Source: an uncultured Rhodopirellula sp. | GTDB taxonomy: Bacteria; Planctomycetota; Planctomycetia; Pirellulales; Pirellulaceae | Reading direction: 5' to 3' | Assembly (NCBI GenBank): GCA_964007735.1 | Contig: CAXGAI010000039.1 | Span: 1-44,821, forward strand | DNA length: 44,821 bases | Made by a program: the position numbers and the translations under genes | The notes under the pieces: generated by a model | Seen by the model: only the letters and a program-made list of their open reading frames with translations | What the model was told of the DNA's origin: nothing | Databases searched by the model: none | Shown: one piece after another, positions 1-10,158 of the stretch | How the letters are laid out: each line of letters begins with the position of its first letter | Position numbering within the stretch: the first letter of the stretch is position 1

Positions 1-570
1 ATTGCATGCCGTGGAGAGGTTTACAGTGTTTCTCTGCTGAGCCATTGTGACTCGGCTGAAATAAAAACCCTTGCATTAGATGAAGGCTCGCGTACTAGCG
101 CGGCGTTAGTTCAGGTCTTGCTGAAAAAACGACTGGGGATTATTCCGGAACTCTCCCCGTTTCCGATTGGAAGCGATTTGTCGCAGTTGGATACCGACGC
201 CATGTTGATCATTGGTGATCGAGCGATGCATGTGGATAAATCGGACTTTGAAGAAACGTGGGATCTTGGGCAGGCGTGGGTTGAGTGGACAGGGCTGCCC
301 TTTGTATTTGCCATGTGGACGGCTCGGGCTGATCTTGATATTGAACTGGATTCGATTGAAGCCGCATTGTCTGCAAGTCGGGATGAAGGAGTCAGGCATT
401 TGCCGGAAATAGCGGCAAAACATGCTTCGGAGTTGGGGATTTCAAAACAACAAGGTGAAGTCTACCTCCGGGATCATCTATACTTTTATCTTGGCGAACA
501 GGAACGGCAGGGGCTGGAGTTGTTCCGCCAATATGTCGATGAATTGTCAGTAGTTCCACAAAACGGATAG
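1..570 (+). CDS. mqnA: Chorismate dehydratase MqnA (futalosine pathway), 5'-truncated by window edge
   Basis: Frame 1 is open from base 1 (IACRGEVYSV...LDEGSRTS), then LIIGDRA and DLGQAWVEWTGLPFVFAMW, typical of MqnA; directly upstream of mqnC. Confidence 0.9.
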   Translation: MACRGEVYSVSLLSHCDSAEIKTLALDEGSRTSAALVQVLLKKRLGIIPELSPFPIGSDLSQLDTDAMLIIGDRAMHVDKSDFEETWDLGQAWVEWTGLPFVFAMWTARADLDIELDSIEAALSASRDEGVRHLPEIAAKHASELGISKQQGEVYLRDHLYFYLGEQERQGLELFRQYVDELSVVPQNG

Positions 571-581
571 TACCTGGAAAT

Positions 582-1742
582 ATGACCGAGATTACACCGA
601 TTCTAGAAAAGGCAGTTGCCGGGCAACGCATCACACCGGAAGAGGGTGTTGTGTTGATGAAGTCACAGGACTTGGGAGCAATTGGTAGAGCGGCAAACGC
701 CGTTACACAGCGTATGCATCCCGAACCGTACCGAACGTACAATATCGATCGGAATATCAATTACACAAATATTTGCACGGCCGTGTGTGATTTCTGTGCC
801 TTCTACCGTGGTCCGAAAAGTGATGAAGGATGGGTTTTAGATCGGCAGGAGTTGCTTCAAAAGATTGAGGAAACGGTGGCGTTGGGTGGTGATCAGATCC
901 TGATGCAGGGGGGGCTACACCACAAGTATAAGCTTGATTGGTACGAGCAACTTTGTCGCGATATTAAAGCCAGTTTTCCTCAGGTCAACATTCATGGTTT
1001 TAGTCCTCCTGAACTATATCACTTCACGAAGATGAACCGCCTAAGTATTGAAGAGGTATTAGGTCGGTTGAGGGCTGCTGGGCTCGGTAGTATTCCCGGC
1101 GGTGGCGCTGAGATTTTAGTGGATCGAGTACGTGATGGTATGACGCGAGGTAAAGTCGACACGGAGAACTGGCTTAATGTCATGCGGGTTTGGCACCTGA
1201 TGGGCGGCCGCTCGAGTGCTACGATGATGTATGGTCATATTGAGACGTTGGAAGAACGTATCGAACATATGGAATGCATACGTCAATTGCAGGACGAAAC
1301 CGGTGGTTTTACGGCCTTTATCTCATGGACTTTTCAGCCAGATAATACACCTTTGTCAGACATCCGACCACTCGGGGCCTATGAGTATTTGAAGGTGCAG
1401 GCTATTTCGAGGCTCTACCTGGATAATGTCGATAATATCCAATCCAGTTGGGTGACTCAGGGGCTTAAGATTGGTCAGTTGGCATTACTATATGGTGCCA
1501 ATGACATGGGAAGCCTGATGATTGAAGAAAATGTTGTTGCGGAGGCTGGTACCGTCCATTATCTAACGTTGGATCAGATCAGAGATTCGATATCCGAATT
1601 GGGGTATATACCGCGCCAGCGAAACGTTCACTATGAATTAATGGACGAACTCCACGAACAAGAGGCTGTTGAAGCTAATCGAGAATGGATTCGTCGTCGA
1701 CTCGAAGAGTCACAGACGCCGTTAGTTCAGTTGACTACGTAA
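582..1742 (+). CDS. mqnC: Cyclic dehypoxanthine futalosine synthase, radical SAM (CofH/MqnC family)
   Basis: DRNINYTNICTAVCDFCAF (CxxxCxxC), GGGAEIL, NIQSSWVTQG, GANDMGSLMIEENVV; adjacent to mqnA. Confidence 0.93.
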   Translation: MTEITPILEKAVAGQRITPEEGVVLMKSQDLGAIGRAANAVTQRMHPEPYRTYNIDRNINYTNICTAVCDFCAFYRGPKSDEGWVLDRQELLQKIEETVALGGDQILMQGGLHHKYKLDWYEQLCRDIKASFPQVNIHGFSPPELYHFTKMNRLSIEEVLGRLRAAGLGSIPGGGAEILVDRVRDGMTRGKVDTENWLNVMRVWHLMGGRSSATMMYGHIETLEERIEHMECIRQLQDETGGFTAFISWTFQPDNTPLSDIRPLGAYEYLKVQAISRLYLDNVDNIQSSWVTQGLKIGQLALLYGANDMGSLMIEENVVAEAGTVHYLTLDQIRDSISELGYIPRQRNVHYELMDELHEQEAVEANREWIRRRLEESQTPLVQLTT

Positions 1743-1781
1743 TCTTCGTCCCAATAGGCTTACCCAAAGTAGGAGGCGGCC

Positions 1782-2537
1782 ATGATTGTCGTCGATAATC
1801 TTTGTAAAAATTATCCTGACCTCGAGCAAGGTGAGGTTAAAGCCGTCGAAAACGTAAGTTTTCAGTGCGAACCCGGTAAGATCTATGGACTCTTAGGTCC
1901 TAATGGAGCAGGAAAAACGACGGTGTTGAGAACACTGGCGACACTCTTGAAGCCAACGTCGGGAAGAGTGACGGTTGCGGGTTATGACGTGGAAACCGAA
2001 GCCGAAATGGTGCGTCGTAGTATTGGATTCGTCTCAAACAATACTTCTAACTACGATAGGATGTCTGCGCGGGAAATGGTGGAATTTTTTGGCCGTCTCC
2101 ACGGAATGCTGGAAGAAGAATTACGCGAGCGGTCGGAGTTAGTTTACCGGCAGTTGCAAATGAACGAATTTCTGGAAGTCACGGGTGGGAAAATGTCCAC
2201 CGGTATGAAGCAGAAGGTATCCATTGCCCGAGCAATTATTCATAACCCGCCGGTGTTGATATTTGATGAGGCGACCGTTGGCTTGGACGTGCTTGTGGGC
2301 AGGTCACTGCAAAACACAGTCTTAAACCTACGGGAGCAGGGTAAGTGTATTCTTTATTCAACGCACCATATGAATGAAGTAGAACGTGTTTGTGACCAAA
2401 TCGCCATCATGTATGACGGGAGAATTTTGTGTGAAGGTAGTCAGGAAGAACTTCGCGAGCAGTTTGGTAAAGCGGATCTGGAAGACGTCTTTTTTGATTT
2501 GATTGAGCAGCAGTTGGATTTGGAGTACGAAGCATGA
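1782..2537 (+). CDS. ABC transporter ATP-binding protein, NatA-like
   Basis: Walker A GPNGAGKT, signature MSTGMKQK, Walker B LIFDE, H-loop STH; SD AGGAGG upstream. Confidence 0.9.
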   Translation: MIVVDNLCKNYPDLEQGEVKAVENVSFQCEPGKIYGLLGPNGAGKTTVLRTLATLLKPTSGRVTVAGYDVETEAEMVRRSIGFVSNNTSNYDRMSAREMVEFFGRLHGMLEEELRERSELVYRQLQMNEFLEVTGGKMSTGMKQKVSIARAIIHNPPVLIFDEATVGLDVLVGRSLQNTVLNLREQGKCILYSTHHMNEVERVCDQIAIMYDGRILCEGSQEELREQFGKADLEDVFFDLIEQQLDLEYEA

Positions 2538-4723
2538 ACTGGCTCAGCGTAAAAAGACTATTTGTTCGGGAATTGCTCGGACAATTAAGAGATCGCCGTA
2601 CGATTTTTACGACCGTTATGTTGCCGGTGATGATTTACCCAGTGCTCGGTCTGGTCATGATGCAGGCGGTCCAATTCATGTCGGAAGATTCCAGCAAGCT
2701 CGTTGTCGTGGGGGATTTTCAGTATGAAGGTCTTCCTGAGATGTTTACCGAGGAAGAAAAGGAAGATGGTAAATATGTTGTTGACAAATCGTTGCTTGAA
2801 ATTCTGACGGAGACCTATCCTGAGAAAGCCACACTTGATGGAGTTAAAGAATCTCTGCAGCAGCGTCTTGATAGTAAAGAATTTGATGCAGCCTTGATCC
2901 TGACACCGGAGTTGAGTGACTACTTGTCATATTTAGAAAAGGTGGTTCGTGGTGAAGCTGATTTGAAGCAGCAGCCGGAGCAATTGCCTGGACCAGTCAT
3001 TGTATACAACTCGGTTGTGGATAAATCTAAAATTGCTCGCTCCCGAATCTCTGGGATGCTGGAGGTTTGGGAGGAAGATGTTAGGGACTATTTATTTGAA
3101 TTAGGTGGATTGCCGCTCGGCGTTGCGACGCCAATTGTTTTTGAATCTGAGGATATTGCTCCGGAAGAAAGTCAGGCAGCGGAATTTTGGGCCAGCTTGA
3201 TTCCGATCATGTTGTTGTTGTGGACTTTGTCGGGAGCCTTTTATCCGGCTGTTGATTTGTGTGCTGGAGAGAAAGAGCGGGGGACACTTGAAACCTTGTT
3301 GTGTGGTCCGGCTAAACGAGTTGAGATCGTGATGGGAAAACTGCTGACGGTTATGGTCTTCAGCTTTGCAACGTCGCTCGCAAATTTAGTTGCAATCGCT
3401 TTTACAGGTGTATTCATGGTGGCCAGAGTGATGCCTGTAGGAAGTGAATTACACGCGAAATTGGGAGTGTTTCCTGGGTGGAGTATTCTTTGGAGCCTCG
3501 TGGTATTGGTGCCGCTTGTCGCGATGTTCAGTGCATTGGCTCTTGCTGCAGCGACGTTTGCTCGTAGCAGTAAAGAAGGGCAATATTACATGATGCCTTT
3601 ACTGATGTTGGCGTTACCTCTTTCGATGATCAGTGTTATGCCAAATGTTGAATTGGATTTGGGGACAAGTTTAATTCCGGTTTCGGGTTCAGCCTTACTG
3701 CTTCGCAATCTAGTGCAGTCTCAGTTTGATGTTGCAATTCGATATGCGCTGCCTGTGATGGCAAGCAGCGCATTTTGTTGTTATTTGGCAGTGCGTTGGG
3801 CCACTTTTCAATTCAATAGTGAAGCAGTCCTGTTTCGCGAAAGTGAAAAGTGGGATGTGCGGTTATGGATGCGTCAACTGATTAAGAATAAGCCGTTATT
3901 ACCCACCGGTGGTATGGCTGTTTTTGTCGCCATCAGTATTTTGATGTTGCGTTATGCTGCCAATGTGACGGCAACGGCTCCACAGAGTTGGCAGGAATTT
4001 GTAACCGATAACAGCATCGCATTAATTTTGACGGTTGGTGTGCCAGCCATTTTAGTAGCTAGTGTCTTCACGAGAAATCCACTTGGAAGTCTCAAGCTTA
4101 AGAAAACAAGTGGCTGGGTGATTGTATTGGCAGTAATTCTTCCGTTTCTGTTACATCCGGTTATCGGATGGATGGGGGTCTGTATCGAAAAGATCTATCC
4201 CATAAGTCCCAGTATCAAAGCGGCTACAGCTCCATTGCAGCAAATGATGGTCGAGGCGCCGGCCTGGGCTATGTTGTTGGCTATTGCCGTTGTTCCGGGG
4301 ATTTTCGAGGAATTGGCATTTCGTGGCATTATCTTAACGGGTCTGCAAAAGAACACAAAATCCTCTTCCGCGATCTTCGTGTCAGCCGCGTTCTTTGGAA
4401 TAACACATGGTATTCTACAGCAGTCGATTAACGCGTTTGCCATCGGATTGTTGCTGGGATATATCGCGGTTCGTACCGGAAGCTTATTGCCGACTATCGT
4501 GATGCATGTGCTGCACAATGGAATAACATATTGTGTTTCCTTTGCTGCCGTCCATGAGCAACTGACTGGATTGATGATCGAGTATGAGGGGCAGCCAGTG
4601 TATTCCCCTATTGTTGCTGGGGTAAGTGGTCTGCTGGCCCTTATTTTGTTATTTGTGATTCATGTAAAGACACGCCCCGCCAGGCCAGAGTTACTTCCGG
4701 AGCAGGTATTGGATGGCGAGTAA
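2534..4723 (+). CDS. NatB-like ABC-2 permease fused to a CPBP (Abi/CAAX) intramembrane protease
   Basis: LRDRRT and AGEKERGTLETLL NatB motifs; C-terminal EELAFRG, FGITH and HVLHN CPBP motifs; ATGA overlap with the ATPase gene. Confidence 0.88.
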   Translation: MNWLSVKRLFVRELLGQLRDRRTIFTTVMLPVMIYPVLGLVMMQAVQFMSEDSSKLVVVGDFQYEGLPEMFTEEEKEDGKYVVDKSLLEILTETYPEKATLDGVKESLQQRLDSKEFDAALILTPELSDYLSYLEKVVRGEADLKQQPEQLPGPVIVYNSVVDKSKIARSRISGMLEVWEEDVRDYLFELGGLPLGVATPIVFESEDIAPEESQAAEFWASLIPIMLLLWTLSGAFYPAVDLCAGEKERGTLETLLCGPAKRVEIVMGKLLTVMVFSFATSLANLVAIAFTGVFMVARVMPVGSELHAKLGVFPGWSILWSLVVLVPLVAMFSALALAAATFARSSKEGQYYMMPLLMLALPLSMISVMPNVELDLGTSLIPVSGSALLLRNLVQSQFDVAIRYALPVMASSAFCCYLAVRWATFQFNSEAVLFRESEKWDVRLWMRQLIKNKPLLPTGGMAVFVAISILMLRYAANVTATAPQSWQEFVTDNSIALILTVGVPAILVASVFTRNPLGSLKLKKTSGWVIVLAVILPFLLHPVIGWMGVCIEKIYPISPSIKAATAPLQQMMVEAPAWAMLLAIAVVPGIFEELAFRGIILTGLQKNTKSSSAIFVSAAFFGITHGILQQSINAFAIGLLLGYIAVRTGSLLPTIVMHVLHNGITYCVSFAAVHEQLTGLMIEYEGQPVYSPIVAGVSGLLALILLFVIHVKTRPARPELLPEQVLDGE

Positions 4724-5918
4724 GTTTTACACAGCACGCTGGATTTTACCGATGACATCCTCGATTGTCGAAAATGGATGTGTCGAAGTCGCAGCGGAGG
4801 CTATTGTTGCGATCCACTCTGAACGACCGCCGGGAGTAGAGGTTGTCGAGCTTGGCGATGTGGCTCTTGTGCCTCACCTGATCAATGCCCATACACATTT
4901 GGAGTTCAGCGCTTTGACTGAACCTCTTGGTGATCCTCGAGAAACGTTCGATCAGTGGATTGGAGAAGTCGTTGGATACCGCCGTTCGTTAGCAGCCGAA
5001 GGTGCCGATAAGCTGCGGGCTGCAATCAAAACCGGCCTGCTGGAAACTGCCGCATCAGGAGTCATTGCTGTCGGTGAAATTACCACGAATTGGGAGTTGG
5101 AGAGTTCTTACTCTAATCCTCACGTGGAGGTAGTGTCGTTGCGAGAGGTAATTAATTTCTCTGCTGATGAGGTTTCTCGAATTACCGCCGATGTCGAATC
5201 CTATATCACAAAGCTACAAAATCGCGGAATGACTGTAGGGGTTAGTCCTCATTCTCCGTACACCGTGCATTGGGATCAACTGATTAATCTTTGTCGAATC
5301 AGCCAGGAATACAAAGTGCCTTGTGTTATGCATCTGGCCGAAACAACAGAGGAGGGTGAATTAATCTCGAAACGAAGTGGGGTCTTTCGAGTGATGCTCG
5401 AGCAGCTTGGAATGTGGGAGGAATCGGCTATTCCAGAATCAGTCTCTTATCTGGATTATGTTCAAGCACTGTCAAACAGCTGGCGAGCGTTGTTAGTCCA
5501 TGGCAACTATTTTGATGCGGAAGTACATCGGCTTCTTGGGAAGTTAAGAAACCGGATAGCTGTTTGTTTTTGCCCAAGAACCCATGCCTGGTTCGGACAC
5601 GACCGTTACCCACTTTATTCGATGCTCGAATATGATGTTCGAGTATGTTTGGGAACGGATTCTAAAGCCTCCAATCCGGATTTATCCCTGATCGATGAGC
5701 TTCAGTTTGTGGCAGCGTTGTATCCAGAATTGAAAGTCGCAAAGTTGTTAGAAATGGTTACCGTCAATGCATCTTTTGCATTAGGACTGGACAAGAAATA
5801 TGGTTTTCTGGGCGAAGGAGCTAGTACTAAAGTGCTGATGGTCCCAGTGGATCCCGAAAACCCTCTAGATATTCAGCTGATTTCAAATCTGAGCAAGGCA
5901 GAAAGTGTCGATTTATAG
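4713..5918 (+). CDS. Metal-dependent amidohydrolase, probable aminodeoxyfutalosine deaminase
   Basis: NAHTHLE, SPHSPY, MHLAET, VHGN and LGTDS metal ligands; substrate inferred only from the mqn context. Confidence 0.7.
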   Translation: MASKFYTARWILPMTSSIVENGCVEVAAEAIVAIHSERPPGVEVVELGDVALVPHLINAHTHLEFSALTEPLGDPRETFDQWIGEVVGYRRSLAAEGADKLRAAIKTGLLETAASGVIAVGEITTNWELESSYSNPHVEVVSLREVINFSADEVSRITADVESYITKLQNRGMTVGVSPHSPYTVHWDQLINLCRISQEYKVPCVMHLAETTEEGELISKRSGVFRVMLEQLGMWEESAIPESVSYLDYVQALSNSWRALLVHGNYFDAEVHRLLGKLRNRIAVCFCPRTHAWFGHDRYPLYSMLEYDVRVCLGTDSKASNPDLSLIDELQFVAALYPELKVAKLLEMVTVNASFALGLDKKYGFLGEGASTKVLMVPVDPENPLDIQLISNLSKAESVDL

Positions 5919-6764
5919 ACGGCAATTATTAATCGGTGTTTCTAAGATGGCCGACGCGCCAAGTTCTTCAAGCTGATCCATGACGGAGGTGACTTGTTTG
6001 GTCTTCACCATCACTCGCACAGCACACCAATCACTGTCCTCTAGTGAGGTGATGGTTGGAGATTTGAAGCCGGGAGTGATGTTTTCTGCTTTTGACAAAC
6101 GTTCACGAGGAATATTGTATTCCAGCAGAGAGTATCCACGTGCGATGACAACACCCTCTAGGCGGCGCACGATCCGGTCTGCGAGTTCCGGGTGTCGTTT
6201 TTCTTTGTTTTGTACAATGATGGTCTCGTAGTGTCCTATTTCGTGGGAGATTTTGAGCCTGTTGGCAGCCAGTGTCGATCCGGTTTCGACCAGATCGACA
6301 ATGGCATCAGCAATGCCGAGAGTGATCATGATTTCGACGGAACCTGTCAGAGGTACGATATGAGCCTGGGCACTGTGTTGTTCCAGATACGTACGTGTCA
6401 CGTTGGTAAAGCTGGTGGCAATTCGCAGGCCGTTCAATTCAGAAGGATCAGTAATTTCCATGGTGTCGGGAACGCATACGGCGAGCCGGCATTTACCAAC
6501 GCCCAGTGAAAGCCGGGTTTCAACATCAGCCTGGGATTCAGCTACTAGATCTGAGCCGGTGATTCCCATATCGATCGCACCTTCACCGCAGAGAACGGGA
6601 ATGTCATCAGTTCTCAGGAAGATGATTTCGATGGGTAGGTCAGAAACTTTAGCAAAGAGAGATCGGTTCTGGCGACGGAACTTTATTCCGGCTTCTTTAA
6701 GAAGCTCACTAGCCAGATCTGAAAGCCTGCCTTTGCTAGGTAATCCAATACGAAGATTGCTCAT
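5913..6764 (-). CDS. hisG: ATP phosphoribosyltransferase (long form)
   Basis: LPSKGRL, DMGITG, GSVE and DAIVDLVETGSTL plus C-terminal regulatory domain; ATG 6764 preferred over TTG 6776. Confidence 0.95.
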   Translation of the reverse strand: MSNLRIGLPSKGRLSDLASELLKEAGIKFRRQNRSLFAKVSDLPIEIIFLRTDDIPVLCGEGAIDMGITGSDLVAESQADVETRLSLGVGKCRLAVCVPDTMEITDPSELNGLRIATSFTNVTRTYLEQHSAQAHIVPLTGSVEIMITLGIADAIVDLVETGSTLAANRLKISHEIGHYETIIVQNKEKRHPELADRIVRRLEGVVIARGYSLLEYNIPRERLSKAENITPGFKSPTITSLEDSDWCAVRVMVKTKQVTSVMDQLEELGASAILETPINNCRL

Positions 6765-6796
6765 GGTTGATCTCAAAAATCAAGTAAAAAGTTACG

Positions 6797-7132
6797 TTAA
6801 GAATTTCGGGATGCTTTTTCATCGATGCCGGAAACACCAAATCGGCGTCCTAACTCAGACTCTATTTCACGGATGTGGATTTCGTGATGTCCCAGTAGAA
6901 CCATTAAGTGGTATAACAAGTCGGCAGCTTCGTAAATCAGGTGATCACGGCCTTCCTGACCTGATTCATCAGCTGCTTGCACAACCTCTTCGGCTTCTTC
7001 GATAATTTTTTTGCCAATCAGTTCATTTCCCCCATCGAAAAGCTTGGTTGTGTACGACTTTTCGGGAGGATGTTGTCGGCGATCTTCGATAACCGACATG
7101 AGTTGGTGTAGGAGCTGGATTGCTGTACTCAA
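6797..7132 (-). CDS. hisE: Phosphoribosyl-ATP pyrophosphohydrolase (stand-alone)
   Basis: SYTTKL, KKIIEEAEE and EAADLLYHLMV; upstream of hisG. Confidence 0.93.
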   Translation of the reverse strand: MSTAIQLLHQLMSVIEDRRQHPPEKSYTTKLFDGGNELIGKKIIEEAEEVVQAADESGQEGRDHLIYEAADLLYHLMVLLGHHEIHIREIESELGRRFGVSGIDEKASRNS

Positions 7133-7308
7133 TGGATTCTTTCCCCTTTACAGGAGACTAATTTGAAACCACGATGAAATAACGTGTTTGATACTAAGGG
7201 TTTATCGTAGACTCGTGAGCCGACTCTGACAATCGCCGTTAAGAGGAGCGGTATAAAGAGTCCGTGAAGTAGGCAGAAGAAGGGGCAATTTGTAGAGTTG
7301 TATCAGTT

Positions 7309-8274
7309 ATGACGGAGAAAGATCGAGAGCCAATTCCCGCAATTGATGACAATTGTTGGTTTTTGACGGGCCCTACAGCTAGTGGGAAAACTAGTGCTGC
7401 GCTGTTATTAGCTGAACGGATTGATGCAGAAATCATCTCTTTAGACTCGATGGCCATCTATCGAGGTATGAATATAGGGACCGCTAAGCCGACTTTGCCG
7501 GAACGTTCTCGTGTTGTTCATCACATGATTGATATCCTCGAACCTGATGAACCTTTTAGTGTTGCTGAATACCTAACGCGTGCGCATCGAATTGTGGATG
7601 AAATTATGCAGCGAGGTAAGAAGGTCCTTTTTGTCGGAGGCACCCCAATGTATCTCAAGGTATTGCTTCGCGGTATCTTTGGTGGTCCACCAGCAGATTG
7701 GGAATTTCGCAAACAAGTCGAAGAACAGGTGGAGCTACATGGCAAAGAAGCTTTGCATCGCCAGTTGGCTATGGTTGATCCAATTTCGGCTCACAAATTC
7801 CACCCCAATGATATTCGCCGAGTGACTCGTGCCTTGGAAGTTTATCACCTCACTGGTCAGCCTATCAGCCATCAGCAACAGGAGTTTGAAAGTCAGAACA
7901 GTTCTGGCAAGAGATTTGTTTTTCAGTTGAGTTGGCCACGGGAAATTCTTCACCAGCGGATAGCAGACCGTGTCGAAGCGATGTTTCAAGGTGGCTTAGT
8001 TGGCGAAGTTGAATCTTTGCTGGAGTCCTATCGAGAGTTGGGACGGACGGCATTACAAGCCGTTGGTTATCGGGAAGTTGTCGAACACTTGCAGGGAGAG
8101 CGGGGTTTAGATGAAACCATACAGCAGGTTGTTTTTCATACGCGACGCTTTGCACGCCGGCAGGAGACATGGTTTCGAGGATTTCCGGAATGCCGGCAAA
8201 TTATGATGAACAAGGATTTGTCATCAGACGATGTTGCGGAGCAGATTCTGCGATTGGCTGAACAGGTTAAATAA
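7309..8274 (+). CDS. miaA: tRNA dimethylallyltransferase
   Basis: GPTASGKT, DSMAIYRGMNIGTAKP, VGGTPMY, RALEV and FARRQETWF. Confidence 0.96.
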   Translation: MTEKDREPIPAIDDNCWFLTGPTASGKTSAALLLAERIDAEIISLDSMAIYRGMNIGTAKPTLPERSRVVHHMIDILEPDEPFSVAEYLTRAHRIVDEIMQRGKKVLFVGGTPMYLKVLLRGIFGGPPADWEFRKQVEEQVELHGKEALHRQLAMVDPISAHKFHPNDIRRVTRALEVYHLTGQPISHQQQEFESQNSSGKRFVFQLSWPREILHQRIADRVEAMFQGGLVGEVESLLESYRELGRTALQAVGYREVVEHLQGERGLDETIQQVVFHTRRFARRQETWFRGFPECRQIMMNKDLSSDDVAEQILRLAEQVK

Positions 8275-8389
8275 CGCTGGTAAAGCTATCTTTTGTATAT
8301 TTGCAATGCAAAGTAAAATACTTGTTTGGCCAGAGGCCAGCTTACTTCTTAGTAAGTCATTGTTAAACCAAGAATTGAAGGAAATCACG

Positions 8390-10156
8390 GTGTTGCGTAC
8401 TCATACCTGCGGTGAATTGCGATCAGGAAATATCGATCAGGAAGTTACGCTATGTGGCTGGGTGGACAGTTCCCGAGACCATGGTGGAGCGGTGTTTATT
8501 GATCTTCGCGACCGATATGGTAAAACCCAAATCGTTTTTGGCCCGGAAAGTGGTTTAGTTGATGCGGGGAGTGCCTTACGTAATGAAGACGTAATTAAGG
8601 TCGTTGGTAAGGTGGCTCATCGTCCGGAGGGGACGATCAACGAAAAACTGCCGACCGGTGAAGTGGAATTGCGGGTCACTGAATTGCAGGTGTTCAATAA
8701 GAGCGAAACTCCACCATTCACACCATCACAGCAGGAATTACCTGGTGAGGATTTGCGATTGAAATATCGCTATCTGGATTTGCGTCGCAAAGATATGCAG
8801 CAAACGCTGATGCTGCGAAGTGGTGTTATCAAGATGATGCGTGACTACTTTGAGGTGAATGACTTCATTGATGTGGAAACGCCAATTCTTGGGCGGAGCA
8901 CTCCTGAAGGAGCTCGTGACTATTTGGTCCCAAGTCGTGTACACCATGGGCAGTTTTATGCTCTGCCTCAGTCACCTCAGCTCTATAAACAAATCATGAT
9001 GGTCGCTGGATATGATCGATACGTTCAGGTGGCAAGATGTTTTCGTGACGAAGATTTGCGAGCTGACCGTCAACCTGAATTTACTCAGTTGGACGTGGAA
9101 ATGTCTTTTGTTGATCAGGATGATGTGATTGGAATGATTGACGGCCTGATGCAAAAAATGGCCAAAGAGCTCAAGGGTATTGATTTGCAATTGCCTCTCC
9201 CACGCATGACATATGATGAAGCGATGGAACGATTTGGTTCTGATGCACCGGACCTTCGATTTGGGATGGAACTGGTTAATTGTTCTGATCTGGCTGCGAA
9301 AGCTGAGTTTAGAGTGTTCTCGGGCGCCGTGGAGTCGGGCGGGGTTGTCCGGGGGATTAATGCCAAAGGAGCGGCCGGTAATTATTCCCGTAAAGACATC
9401 GATGGAATGACCGAATGGGTTAAACAGGATTTTGGAGCCAAGGGGCTGGCATGGTTCCGGGTGGAGGAAGATGGATCGCTATGGTCTCCCATCTCTAAAA
9501 ATTTTGCAGACGAATTACTGGTAGAGTTTGCCGAGCGGATGGGCGCTGAAGTTGGCGATATCATGTTCTTTATCGCGGACACCTATGAAGTCAGTTGCAA
9601 GGCGTTATCCGCGTTACGTAAACGACTAGGGGTGGAATTAGAGCTTTACGATCCGGAGGAAATGCACTTCTCCTGGGTCGTCGAATTCCCGATGTTTGAA
9701 TTTGACCATCAGGAGGATCGTTGGGTCGCAATGCATCATCCATTTACTGCGCCGCGTCCACAAGATATCGATTTACTGCAGACAGCTCCAGGTGAAGCCA
9801 GAGCCATTGCCTATGACCTTGTTATTAATGGCTACGAAGCAGGGGGTGGCACGATTCGTATTCATGATCAACAGGAACAAGCCCGGGTATTTGAGCTGTT
9901 GGGGATTGATAAGGAAACCGCTGCAGATCGATTTGGATTTTTGTTGGAAGCGTTACAGTTTGGAGCGCCACCTCATGGTGGAATTGCACTAGGGATCGAT
10001 CGCTGTGTGATGTTGTTTGGCGGACTTGATAATATCCGGGATGTGATCGCCTTTCCGAAAACCCAAAAGGCTTCTGATATGATGACGGGTGCTCCTGGCA
10101 ATGTTGAGTCGAAACAGTTAGGTGAGTTGAATCTGCGTATCGTTCACCCGGATTGA
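8390..10156 (+). CDS. aspS: Aspartate--tRNA ligase, probably the non-discriminating Asp/Asn type
   Basis: RTHTCGELR N-terminus, RLKYRYLDLR, STPEGARDY, FRDEDLRADRQPEFTQ and GAPPHGG; GTG at 8390 with AAGGAA SD preferred over 8231. Confidence 0.96.
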   Translation: MLRTHTCGELRSGNIDQEVTLCGWVDSSRDHGGAVFIDLRDRYGKTQIVFGPESGLVDAGSALRNEDVIKVVGKVAHRPEGTINEKLPTGEVELRVTELQVFNKSETPPFTPSQQELPGEDLRLKYRYLDLRRKDMQQTLMLRSGVIKMMRDYFEVNDFIDVETPILGRSTPEGARDYLVPSRVHHGQFYALPQSPQLYKQIMMVAGYDRYVQVARCFRDEDLRADRQPEFTQLDVEMSFVDQDDVIGMIDGLMQKMAKELKGIDLQLPLPRMTYDEAMERFGSDAPDLRFGMELVNCSDLAAKAEFRVFSGAVESGGVVRGINAKGAAGNYSRKDIDGMTEWVKQDFGAKGLAWFRVEEDGSLWSPISKNFADELLVEFAERMGAEVGDIMFFIADTYEVSCKALSALRKRLGVELELYDPEEMHFSWVVEFPMFEFDHQEDRWVAMHHPFTAPRPQDIDLLQTAPGEARAIAYDLVINGYEAGGGTIRIHDQQEQARVFELLGIDKETAADRFGFLLEALQFGAPPHGGIALGIDRCVMLFGGLDNIRDVIAFPKTQKASDMMTGAPGNVESKQLGELNLRIVHPD

Positions 10157-10158
10157 GT

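Noticed and set aside
6403..7005. 200-aa plus-strand ORF, and the many other antisense ORFs such as those inside A2M
   Set aside because: Shadows of well-supported genes with no recognisable motifs
8231..8389. 53-aa N-terminal extension of aspS in the ORF track
   Set aside because: Overlaps miaA; the conserved AspRS start and an SD are at GTG 8390
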